Positions 1 through 7,452 of a stretch of 32,000 nucleotides of DNA are shown piece after piece; positions within the stretch are counted from its first letter, which is position 1, and every line of letters starts with the position of its first letter. The translations under genes and the position numbers were made by a program. This DNA is from Candidatus Hadarchaeales archaeon (GTDB taxonomy: Archaea; Hadarchaeota; Hadarchaeia; Hadarchaeales; Hadarchaeaceae). The notes beneath the pieces were generated by a model that worked only from the letters and a program-made list of their open reading frames with translations, ran no database searches and was not told the origin of the DNA. The stretch lies in contig JAWBCC010000003.1 in the NCBI GenBank assembly GCA_038823825.1, positions 101,441 to 133,440 on the forward strand, read 5' to 3'.

Positions 1-450
1 GGCTTTATCTGCGGGAATCTTCCCCTCTCCAACAAGCTTACTTTTCGCCACCCCGAGAGTAGGCCTATCGATCACAACGCCAAGATGGCAGGCCAGCCCA
101 GCTCTTCTCGGATGCGCGAGCCCCTGTGCTCCAACCATATAAACATCCGCTTCCCTGCCAGTCAAAACTTTCAGAAGTCCCTCGAGTTCTCTGAATGCAA
201 GGAATGTCGGAATGTAGGGAAATGTTAGCTTGACAGGTGCGATTTTCTCCTCCAAATCTTCAAGCGTCCTGTAATCCAGCACTACGCAGGCCGCATAAGC
301 CTTATCACCTCTGCTGAACGAGATGTCGCAACCTGCAATTCTCTCGATTTTAGAAAAATCGTTTTCTCTTTTCACGAGCTGGGCAACCTTTAGCTGTATC
401 TGCTTTAGCTCCTCCAGATTTAGACTCTTCGGTTTGAGCAACGGTAACAT
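1..450 (-). CDS. nfi: Endonuclease V, partial (C-terminus runs off the window start)
   Basis: Absent from the ORF track because it is open at the window edge. The reverse-strand ATG (450-448) opens a stop-free frame to base 1 (150 codons): MLPLLKPKSLNLEELKQIQLKVAQLVKRENDFSKIERIAGCDISFSRGDKAYAACVVLDY...FPYIPTFLAFRELEGLL...MVGAQGLAHPRRAGLACHLGVVIDRPTLGVAKSKL. The GxDxSF, YIPxxLxFRE and GxAHPRxxGxAxHxG blocks match the endonuclease V signature. Confidence 0.85.
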   Translation of the reverse strand, partial: MLPLLKPKSLNLEELKQIQLKVAQLVKRENDFSKIERIAGCDISFSRGDKAYAACVVLDYRTLEDLEEKIAPVKLTFPYIPTFLAFRELEGLLKVLTGREADVYMVGAQGLAHPRRAGLACHLGVVIDRPTLGVAKSKLVGEGKIPADKA

Positions 451-525
451 CTCAAAAACATCCTCATTCGGGCGTATTTAGCTATCGCGAAGATATTAAT
501 TCTTCCAAATTCCAAGTTTATCCCG

Positions 526-714
526 ATGAGGCTGAAAGGACCGAAGTGCATGATCTGTGGGGAGAAGATACAGATAATGAGTATGGACTCGGCCTACGTG
601 AAGTTTGTTAGACCTGGCGAAGCCAAAGGAATCTTCATCTGCTGGAAGTGTGCTGAAAAGGAGTTCGGCGAAGTCCTGCAGGATATCCTGACAAAGGTCG
701 CTGGTAAGGGGTGA
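526..714 (+). CDS. Small C4 zinc-ribbon protein (62 aa), function unknown
   Basis: ORF track 526..714. It has two CxxC pairs (CMIC and CWKC) about 30 residues apart. Its TGA stop (712-714) overlaps the GTG start (711-713) of the next ORF, suggesting translational coupling. Confidence 0.5.
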   Translation: MRLKGPKCMICGEKIQIMSMDSAYVKFVRPGEAKGIFICWKCAEKEFGEVLQDILTKVAGKG

Positions 715-1796
715 TCTCCTTGACGGTCACTCCCCAAGATCACATCCTGATGACCCTAGCCATCAAAAGGATAGGAAAATTCGTAGATCTCGAACACATA
801 AGGGAAAAGCTCTGCAGGGACGGAGGAAGGGATTTCTCTCTGGAAGAGACGAAGATGCTTTTAGATTCATTGATCGGAAAGGGTCTCGTGCAGGAGAAAG
901 GAGGGGAGTACGCTCTCACGGAAAAGGGCCGCGACTTTTTCGAGAAAAGATGGAGAGAAGTTAAAGATCATCTGAATCAAGACTATCTAAAGGTCTACCG
1001 GGCAAAGCGATATTACCCCCATGTTTCTAAAACCATCCTAGAGTTCTGCAAGGACAGATACGTTTCAGTTTTCAGGCTCTTTACAGACCGTGCCTGGCTT
1101 CAAAGGAAACTCGGTCCCCGCTGGATAACGATAAAGAGCGAGGACGACATACAATACTGGCTGGACATTCACGGCATCGATTTCATCCCCTACATTCACA
1201 GAATTGGAAGCGATAGGCCCGACTGGCTCGTCATAGATTTTGACGCCGGAAAGAAAGTAGAGTTCGAGCAGACGAAGAAGGTTGTCATGACAGCCGCCGA
1301 AGTTTTACATAATTACGGAATCGAGGTTGCGTTGAAGTTCAGCGGTTCCCGTGGCTTCCAGCTTTGGGCGGTTTTCGAGCCTCACGATCTGCCGACAGAT
1401 TACCAACCAAAAAAGCTGAAAACGGAACGCAGGGAACGAAACTTTTTCACCTTTTACTCGGATATCATAAGATTTGTCGAAAGCAGAGTAGCGAAAAAAC
1501 TCCCGAATCTCACAACCTCGGAAACGGCGAAAAAAGAAGAGAGGGAAGACAAAGTCCTCCTCGACGCCTCCATAATAAAGCCGATGGGAGACGTCAGGGC
1601 TCCCTATTCCATGCATCACCGAACTGGTCTCATTTCCATGCCAGTGGGTTTAGATGAGCTAGAGGAATTCGAACCCAAGCAGGCAGATCCAGATCTTGTC
1701 GTTCAGCGCTATAGGAAAAGGGGAAACGAATTTAAGCTCAAGCCTTGTGATGGTTCAAAGTTGTTCGAAGATTTGGTCAAATGGTGCAAAGAGTAA
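711..1796 (+). CDS. Winged-helix domain fused to an AEP-superfamily primase-polymerase (LigD PolDom-like)
   Basis: ORF track 711..1796. The N-terminal ~85 aa look like a wHTH (LLDSLIGKGLVQEKGGEYALTEKGRDFF). AEP motifs occur in order: motif I DWLVIDFDAG (DxD); motif II KFSGSRGFQLWAVF (SGxRG, with Gln where His is usual); motif III LLDASIIKPMGDVRAPYSMHHRTG. The segment DIQYWLDIHGIDFIPYIHRIGSDRPDWLVIDFD resembles the PolDom region preceding motif I. The start is uncertain (GTG 711 or ATG 750). Confidence 0.75.
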   Translation: MISLTVTPQDHILMTLAIKRIGKFVDLEHIREKLCRDGGRDFSLEETKMLLDSLIGKGLVQEKGGEYALTEKGRDFFEKRWREVKDHLNQDYLKVYRAKRYYPHVSKTILEFCKDRYVSVFRLFTDRAWLQRKLGPRWITIKSEDDIQYWLDIHGIDFIPYIHRIGSDRPDWLVIDFDAGKKVEFEQTKKVVMTAAEVLHNYGIEVALKFSGSRGFQLWAVFEPHDLPTDYQPKKLKTERRERNFFTFYSDIIRFVESRVAKKLPNLTTSETAKKEEREDKVLLDASIIKPMGDVRAPYSMHHRTGLISMPVGLDELEEFEPKQADPDLVVQRYRKRGNEFKLKPCDGSKLFEDLVKWCKE

Positions 1797-1839
1797 GACT
1801 TTCTAGATTATCCCTTTTCTTTCTGCATCGATTTCTAAA

Positions 1840-2133
1840 ATCCAAATAGGAGGGCCCCCGCTGTTCCCCGACACACTAACCCCCGGCTTCATCGTTTGCC
1901 TTTTCGGCGCTCTCCGCCAGGTAACCCTCATGGCGGGGATTCCACGGGGACCTGATCGCCTGTTCCGCACAGGGGTTGTCTTCGGGTCATGGGCAGACGG
2001 TTCGCCACTTCCTCCCCGAAGGACCCGTCCGCGCGGTTTCTCGGCGGTCATAGCTCCAGTGTCTCCGCGGCCTTGCCCAGCGTTCATAAAAAATCCCGCT
2101 GCCCTCGTAGCCGCGGAACTCCCCTCTCATCGC
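1840..2133 (-). ncRNA. Unclassified GC-rich structured RNA candidate (not SRP-like; only weak RNase P-like motifs)
   Basis: This intergenic island lies between the AEP gene and topA. By hand count over 1844-2133 it is about 63% G+C, with G 108 vs C 76 on the minus strand; the flanks look visibly AT-richer.

Only short Arg/Gly/Pro-rich ORFs overlap it. Minus-strand helices include:
- 2109-2118/2063-2072 (10 bp, 2 G.U)
- 2097-2101/2078-2082
- 2025-2031/1994-2000 (7 bp with an internal G.U that would be C.A on the plus strand)
- 1969-1973/1959-1963
- long-range 1933-1939/1855-1861 (7 bp)
- a terminal pairing 2122-2130/1846-1854

An oligo-U tract (CCUAUUUGGAUUUUAG) marks the 3' end near 1836-1850. 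An AT-rich TATA-like box (TTAAGTTAATA) sits about 24 nt upstream of 2133. An internal T6 run (2088-2093) allows a shorter ~220 nt model starting near 2064. Confidence 0.55.
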
Positions 2134-2205
2134 AAATAACCATATCTCACGCAAAGGGTATTAACTTAACGTTTCCAAGTTTATTATCTCACGAGGGGTG
2201 CGGTA

Positions 2206-4278
2206 ATGAAGAAGGTGTTCGTGATATGCGAAAAGCCGTCAGCTGTTCCTAAGATAGCTGAAGCGATAGCCGGGAGAAAGGTTACCCAGAAAGAGCTGAT
2301 GGGTATCCCATATTGCGAGTTTGAAAGAGACGGAAAGCTCTTCGTCGTCGCACCGGCGATGGGACATTTGTTTACTCTAAAAAGTATAAAGTCTCTCAAA
2401 GATTATCCGGTTTTTGACCTCAAATGGGTGCCCATCCATGAGGTCGAGAAAAACGCAAAAAATGCGGCTAGATTCATAAAAGCCCTGAGAGAGCTCTCAA
2501 AGAACGCAGAGGAGTTTATAAGTGCCTGTGATTTTGACGTCGAAGGAAGCGTTATTGCCTTCAACGTTCTCCGCTTCATCTGCGGGAGTGATGTCATATC
2601 CAAAGCGAGGAGGATGAAGTTCTCCACGCTCACCCGCGAAGAGTTAAAGAAATCTTTCGAGAATATGCTGCCCACATTAGACTTTGAAGTTATAAATGCC
2701 GGTCTCGCAAGACATTATCTCGACTGGTATTGGGGGATGAACGTCTCAAGATTTCTAAGCTCTGCAGCCGAGAAGGCTGGAAATAGATTTGTAAAGTTAT
2801 CGGCCGGTCGTGTTCAAACCCCCACTCTTAAAATCCTTCTCGATCGCGAGAGAGAAATAAAGAACTTTGTTTCGGTTCCCTTCTGGGTTTTGAAAGCCGT
2901 GATCGAAATCGGCGGGGAAGAGTTCATCGCTGAACATGAAACAGAAAAATTTTGGGAGAAAGAAAAAGCTGAGGAAGTCTACTCGGCATGCCTTGGGCAA
3001 CCGGCGAGGGTAGTCGAAGTCAAACGCAGAAAAATAAACAGAAATCCTCCACCTCCGTTTGATCTAGGAACGCTCCAGTCGGAGGCATACAGATGTTTTG
3101 GTTTCACACCTATGAGGACGCAGATGATCGCCCAAGATCTCTATCAAGCCGCGCTTATCAGTTATCCAAGAACGAGCAGCCAAAAGCTCCCCAGCTCGAT
3201 AGGCTACCGCGATATTCTACAGAGAATTGCGAAAATCTCACCAGACTACGCTGAAATCGCTCTAGATCTTCTGAGACAGCAAAAATTAGTCCCGGTCGAA
3301 GGTAAGAAAACGGACCCGGCGCATCCGGCCATATTTCCGACGGGCGAGCCACCTGAAGAGCTCCCAAGCACCCATCAAAAGCTGTATGACATGATCGTCC
3401 GCAGATTCCTCGCTGTTTTCAGCAAGCCCGCTATGCTCGAAAGCACGCATGCAGATTTGGACATAGGCGGTCAAAGGTTCTTCCTCCGCGGTCAAAGAAT
3501 ACTCGATCCAGGATGGCTTGAATCCTACGGAAAGTATGTTTCCTACGAGGAACAAATGATTCCGGAGATAGAGAAAGGCGAAGAGCTGAAAGTCAAGAAC
3601 ATTCTGTTGGAGGAAAGAAGGACACAACCGCCGCCCAGATTTAACCCAGCATCGCTCGTGAAAGAGATGGAGGCGCGCGGTCTCGGGACGGAGGCGACCA
3701 GAGGCCCCATTGTGCAAACCCTTTACCAGCGCGGGTATATTCAGGGTAGACAGATAACGGTTACACGGCTGGGGGAAACCGTGGTTGAAAGTCTTAGGAT
3801 ATGTCCGGCAATTCTGAGCGAGGAACTCACCGCCAGATTCGAGCGGGAGATGATGGAAATTCAGGAAGGAAAGGCAAATTGGGAAGACGTTGTCAAAAAA
3901 GCTGAGCGAGAACTCTCCACTTTGCTGGAAGAAATGAAAGCGAGGGAGAAAGAGGTCGGAGAGAGATTGATTGAGGCTTACAAGCTTGCCTTGAGAAAAT
4001 CCTTTGGAAAATGCCCAAAGTGTGGAAAAAATCTGAGAATGGTGATTGCACAAAAGAGCGGGAAGAGGTTTGTCGGCTGTGAGGGTTATCCATCCTGCGA
4101 CTTTTCTCTGCCACTACCTCAGCAGGGAAGCATAGAAATTCTAGATACTCCTTGCAAGATCTGTGGTTGGCCGGTCATTCTCGTGAGAAGAAGTGGCAAG
4201 CGACCTTACAGAACATGTTTGAACCCATCTTGTTCGTCGAAAAATCGCTTGAAGGATGTGTATAACCAGCAGGAATAA
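2206..4278 (+). CDS. topA: DNA topoisomerase IA (archaeal TopA / Topo III-like)
   Basis: ORF track 2206..4278. It has a TOPRIM N-terminus (VFVICEKPS, CDFDVEGS) and the active-site Tyr context ISYPRTSSQ. Two C-terminal zinc ribbons are present (CPKCGKNL...CEGYPSC and CKICGWP...CLNPSC). The SD-like GAGGGGTG lies just upstream. Confidence 0.95.
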   Translation: MKKVFVICEKPSAVPKIAEAIAGRKVTQKELMGIPYCEFERDGKLFVVAPAMGHLFTLKSIKSLKDYPVFDLKWVPIHEVEKNAKNAARFIKALRELSKNAEEFISACDFDVEGSVIAFNVLRFICGSDVISKARRMKFSTLTREELKKSFENMLPTLDFEVINAGLARHYLDWYWGMNVSRFLSSAAEKAGNRFVKLSAGRVQTPTLKILLDREREIKNFVSVPFWVLKAVIEIGGEEFIAEHETEKFWEKEKAEEVYSACLGQPARVVEVKRRKINRNPPPPFDLGTLQSEAYRCFGFTPMRTQMIAQDLYQAALISYPRTSSQKLPSSIGYRDILQRIAKISPDYAEIALDLLRQQKLVPVEGKKTDPAHPAIFPTGEPPEELPSTHQKLYDMIVRRFLAVFSKPAMLESTHADLDIGGQRFFLRGQRILDPGWLESYGKYVSYEEQMIPEIEKGEELKVKNILLEERRTQPPPRFNPASLVKEMEARGLGTEATRGPIVQTLYQRGYIQGRQITVTRLGETVVESLRICPAILSEELTARFEREMMEIQEGKANWEDVVKKAERELSTLLEEMKAREKEVGERLIEAYKLALRKSFGKCPKCGKNLRMVIAQKSGKRFVGCEGYPSCDFSLPLPQQGSIEILDTPCKICGWPVILVRRSGKRPYRTCLNPSCSSKNRLKDVYNQQE

Positions 4279-4317
4279 ATCATCTTTATAAAATAACTCA
4301 TCCCAAGTAAAAGGGAG

Positions 4318-5829
4318 GTGATAGAAATAAAGAGGACCATCGCGGAGATAAACGAGAAAATCAAGCGAGGGGATGCCGTAATTCTCACGGCGGAAGAGAT
4401 GGTAGAATTGGTCAGGGAAAAAGGTGCCGAGGCAGCCGCAAAGGAAGTTGACGTTGTGACCACAGGAACATTCGGCCTCATGTGTAGTTCTGGAGCATTT
4501 CTAAACTTCGGTCACTCGGATCCTCCGATAAAATTCGGAGGAGGAGAAGTCTACCTGAATGACGTTCCGGCCTACGCTGGCCTAGCTGCAGTCGATGTGT
4601 ACATAGGTGCAACGGCTCTCTCCAGGAGCAAGGGCATTGAGTACGGCGGCGGCCACGTCATCGAGGATTTAGTCAGCGGGAGAGAGATAGAGTTGGAGGC
4701 CAAAGCATATGGGACCGACTGTTATCCGCGACGAGAAATAAAGCTTACGTTCACGATTCACGATCTGAACCAGGCGATCCTCTGTAACCCAAGAAATGCT
4801 TACCAGCGATACGTCGCAGCGACAAATTCAACAGACGAAACGCTTTACACATATATGGGCACGCTTCTTCCGAAATTCGGAAACGTGACATTTGCGGGAA
4901 CGGGTGAGCTTGGTCCGCTCGCGAAAGATCCGAACTACGAAACTATTGGAATCGGAACTAGGATTTTCTTAGCCGGTGCCCAGGGATATATAGTAGGCGA
5001 AGGAACGCAGCACGATCCAAAAAAGCAACGTGGAACGATAATGGTTGCTGGAGATCTAAAGCAGATGGATGCAAAATATCTACGTGGTGCGACAGTACAT
5101 AAGTACGGGACGTCGCTTTTTGTGGGAATCGGAATACCCATTCCGATTATCAGTGAGCGAGTTGCCGCATCTGCCGGAATCAGCGATGAGCAAATAATGA
5201 TAGATCTTCTAGACTATGGGGTTCCGAGACGGGAAAGGCCGATTATCAGGAAAGTCAGCTATGCTGAGTTAAAGTCCGGTAAAGTGGAGATTTACGGAAA
5301 GGATGTTCCCGTTAGCCCGCTTAGCAGCATAAAAATCTCGAGGGAGATTGCAGAGAAGCTTAAGGAGCTCATAGAAAAGGGAGAATTCTTGCTTTCCGAG
5401 CCCGTCGCAAGACTTTCGACGGAGAGGGAATTCAAACCAATGCGTCAGCCGGAAAGGGTTATTGTGGCCAAAGATTTGATGACGAGGGAGGTTATAACCT
5501 GCAAGCCGGAAACCCCGATAGCGGAGGCTGCAAGAATTCTAGCTAGGGGAGGCTTCGATCACTTACCAGTGGTAGACGACTCAGGGACCCTAGTTGGTAT
5601 TGTCACTTCTTGGGATCTAGCCATCTCTATAGGTTCTGGCAAAAACAAGGTTGCCGAGATAATGACGAGAAAGGTGATAACGGCCGTAGAGAATGAACCT
5701 ATCGAATCGGTCGCCAGAAAACTAGATGAGCATGGCATCTCGGGGGTCCCAGTTATTGACGCCTTCCGCAGGGTTGTTGGAATAATCACTACCGACGACA
5801 TCTCCAAGCTGATCGGGAAGAGGAGGTGA
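4318..5829 (+). CDS. Homocysteine-biosynthesis protein, COG1900/DUF39 domain plus two C-terminal CBS domains (MJ0100-like)
   Basis: ORF track 4318..5829. The N-terminus IKRTIAEINEKIKRGDAVILTAEEM and the long DUF39-type body are as in methanogen COG1900 proteins. The C-terminal tandem CBS repeats are LMTREVITCKP...LPVVDDSGTLVGIVTSWD and IMTRKVITAVE...GVPVIDAFRRVVGIITTDD. It starts at GTG next to AGGGAGG. Confidence 0.85.
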   Translation: MIEIKRTIAEINEKIKRGDAVILTAEEMVELVREKGAEAAAKEVDVVTTGTFGLMCSSGAFLNFGHSDPPIKFGGGEVYLNDVPAYAGLAAVDVYIGATALSRSKGIEYGGGHVIEDLVSGREIELEAKAYGTDCYPRREIKLTFTIHDLNQAILCNPRNAYQRYVAATNSTDETLYTYMGTLLPKFGNVTFAGTGELGPLAKDPNYETIGIGTRIFLAGAQGYIVGEGTQHDPKKQRGTIMVAGDLKQMDAKYLRGATVHKYGTSLFVGIGIPIPIISERVAASAGISDEQIMIDLLDYGVPRRERPIIRKVSYAELKSGKVEIYGKDVPVSPLSSIKISREIAEKLKELIEKGEFLLSEPVARLSTEREFKPMRQPERVIVAKDLMTREVITCKPETPIAEAARILARGGFDHLPVVDDSGTLVGIVTSWDLAISIGSGKNKVAEIMTRKVITAVENEPIESVARKLDEHGISGVPVIDAFRRVVGIITTDDISKLIGKRR

Positions 5830-5833
5830 TTTC

Positions 5834-6235
5834 ATGAAAAAGAAAATTCTTCTGAAATATTCAGCAACGAAAGCAACGGAACCGGTGCTGGCTTCAGCTA
5901 TAAAAGAGACTGGACTCCTTGTCAACATCCTCTACGCGGACATCGACAGTTCCGGTGGAGAAATAATGATTTCTGTGGACGCACCTCAGCATGAGCTAGA
6001 AAGACTCCTTCAGAAACTCAGAGATTTGGGTGTTGAGGTGGAAGAGATCAGAAGAGTCATAAAGCTCGATGAGTCGCGCTGCGTTCATTGTGGCGCTTGC
6101 GTTTCGATATGTCCGACGCAAGCTTTACGTCTCACAAATGATTTCTCCTTGAAGCTTGATGAAGAAAAGTGCGTTTATTGTGAGGCATGCATTCCGACAT
6201 GCCCCATGAGAGCTCTCAAGATCGGGAGGTGGTAA
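5834..6235 (+). CDS. NIL domain + 2x[4Fe-4S] ferredoxin protein (MJ0099-like partner of COG1900)
   Basis: ORF track 5834..6235. It has two cluster motifs, CVHCGACVSICP and CVYCEACIPTCP, after an N-terminal NIL-like domain. A strong SD AGGAGGTGA (5821-5829) lies 4 nt before the ATG. Confidence 0.85.
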   Translation: MKKKILLKYSATKATEPVLASAIKETGLLVNILYADIDSSGGEIMISVDAPQHELERLLQKLRDLGVEVEEIRRVIKLDESRCVHCGACVSICPTQALRLTNDFSLKLDEEKCVYCEACIPTCPMRALKIGRW

Positions 6236-6966
6236 CCTTTCTAACGGCGAGATGGAGACGAGGAGAAACAACTCTGCTCATTAAGGCTAAATCCAAAGAA
6301 GCGATTCTTGCAGCCATTGAGGCGGCTAAGCAAGCTAGATTCGAAATAGAAGGATACGTTCTGCGTTATCCCGAGTTCAGATATTCTCTCCATCCGCTGA
6401 AAATTAGGGACCCTGAGAAGCCAAAGGTGGTTTCTCTTATGTTGAGAGCAGCTGAAATCGCAGGTGTCGGACCTTTTGCAGCGGTAGCAGGAGCTATCGC
6501 TCAGGTTGCTTCCGTAGCAGCTTCCGAGGTGGGTGGGGCTATTGTTGAGAACGGTGGAGACATCTCGGCGTCCGGAAAATTCGATTTTTCGGTCGGAATC
6601 TTCGCCGGGGATTCTCCACTTTCGGGTACCATCGGCTTCAGGATAACAAGTGGAGATCTCCCAATCGGCATATGCACGAGTTCCGGAACCGTTGGTCATT
6701 CTATAAGTTTTGGTGTGGCAGACGCAGTTGTAGTAGTAGCAGACGAAGCCTCGGTTGCAGATGCGGCAGCAACTGCAATAGCAAATGAGGTGACAGGAGA
6801 AGACATCGAACAATCTATAAAAAATGGCTTGGAAAAAGCCGACGAGATAGACGAAGTAAGAGGGTGTCTAATAATTCGCGGAAAAATGGCTGGAATGAAA
6901 GGAAAGCTTCCCAAGCTTATTCCGACCGAAAGAAAAAGTGTTTTAAAAGAAATAGATTGGGTCTAA
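6187..6966 (+). CDS. UPF0280 / COG2122 ApbE-like protein
   Basis: ORF track 6187..6966. Family-typical blocks are GPFAAVAGAIAQ, VENGGDI, GICTSSGTVGHSISFGVADAVVVVA and ADAAATAIANEV. The annotated start overlaps the upstream gene by 49 nt, so the true start may be later (ATG 6199 or GTG 6229). Confidence 0.75.
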   Translation: MHSDMPHESSQDREVVTFLTARWRRGETTLLIKAKSKEAILAAIEAAKQARFEIEGYVLRYPEFRYSLHPLKIRDPEKPKVVSLMLRAAEIAGVGPFAAVAGAIAQVASVAASEVGGAIVENGGDISASGKFDFSVGIFAGDSPLSGTIGFRITSGDLPIGICTSSGTVGHSISFGVADAVVVVADEASVADAAATAIANEVTGEDIEQSIKNGLEKADEIDEVRGCLIIRGKMAGMKGKLPKLIPTERKSVLKEIDWV

Positions 6967-6969
6967 TCG

Positions 6970-7452
6970 GTGAATCAATTGGAAAACCGAAAATATCTTT
7001 TGATTTTTGTAGCCCTCGTCTTGGCAGGCTTATTGTGCTATTTCATTTTCAGGATTGGGCGCTCTAAAACTTCCGAAAATTTCCCAAGCTTTGTGGAAAG
7101 AATAGTAATAGTCAAAAGGGTGATCGACGGGGACACAATTGAATTAAACAACGGTGAGAGGGTAAGGCTTGTCGGAATAAACGCTCCAGAGCTTTACCAC
7201 GATCCTCCTGAGCCCGGGGCGTTAGAGGCTAAAGAATTCTTAGAAAACCTGTGTCCTCCTGGGTCAACAGTAGGTCTGAACGTTGACGACATGAAACCAC
7301 ATGATTTCTACGGCAGAACTCTGGCGGTCGTCTATGTGCTAGTGGATGGAAAATGGATAAACGCGAATGCGGAGCTGCTTAAGCACGGTTTTGCTGAAAT
7401 TTTATTCATTCCACCATCGGAGTTCAACCCATGGGAGTGGCTAGAGGATTAA
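6970..7452 (+). CDS. Membrane-anchored thermonuclease (SNase-like)
   Basis: ORF track 6970..7452 with a GTG start. It has an N-terminal hydrophobic helix (YLLIFVALVLAGLLCYFIF). The SNase signature VIDGDTIELNNGERVRLVGINAPE is present. Confidence 0.85.
   Translation: MNQLENRKYLLIFVALVLAGLLCYFIFRIGRSKTSENFPSFVERIVIVKRVIDGDTIELNNGERVRLVGINAPELYHDPPEPGALEAKEFLENLCPPGSTVGLNVDDMKPHDFYGRTLAVVYVLVDGKWINANAELLKHGFAEILFIPPSEFNPWEWLED

Noticed and set aside
1840-2133. Calling the GC-rich RNA the SRP (7S) RNA
   Set aside because: Neither strand contains the universally conserved helix-8 AGCA motif or a GNAR-capped CAGG/CCUG helix-8 context. The 5' and 3' halves also do not form the long helix-5 rod.
1840-2133. 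Calling the GC-rich RNA a canonical RNase P RNA
   Set aside because: There are suggestive fragments (GGAGGAAGU, GAUGAA, ACAG plus a P4-like pairing). However, the CR-I and CR-V consensus patterns are not met, and the order and spacing of elements does not fit type A/M layouts. I kept it as unclassified instead.
1803-2252. ORFs 1803..2087 (-), 1930..2139 (+) and 1989..2252 (+) over the GC-rich island
   Set aside because: They are Arg/Gly/Pro/Ser-rich with no recognisable motifs, they overlap each other, and one runs into topA. This is typical of spurious frames across a GC-rich structured RNA.
3286-4053. 255-aa minus-strand ORF antisense to topA
   Set aside because: It is a shadow ORF inside a confidently identified gene, with low-complexity Ser/Leu/Phe-rich composition. 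The same reasoning applies to 6241..6813 (-), 10173..10829 (-), 11835..12617 (+), 19079..19534 (-), 25591..26205 (+) and 26535..27014 (-).
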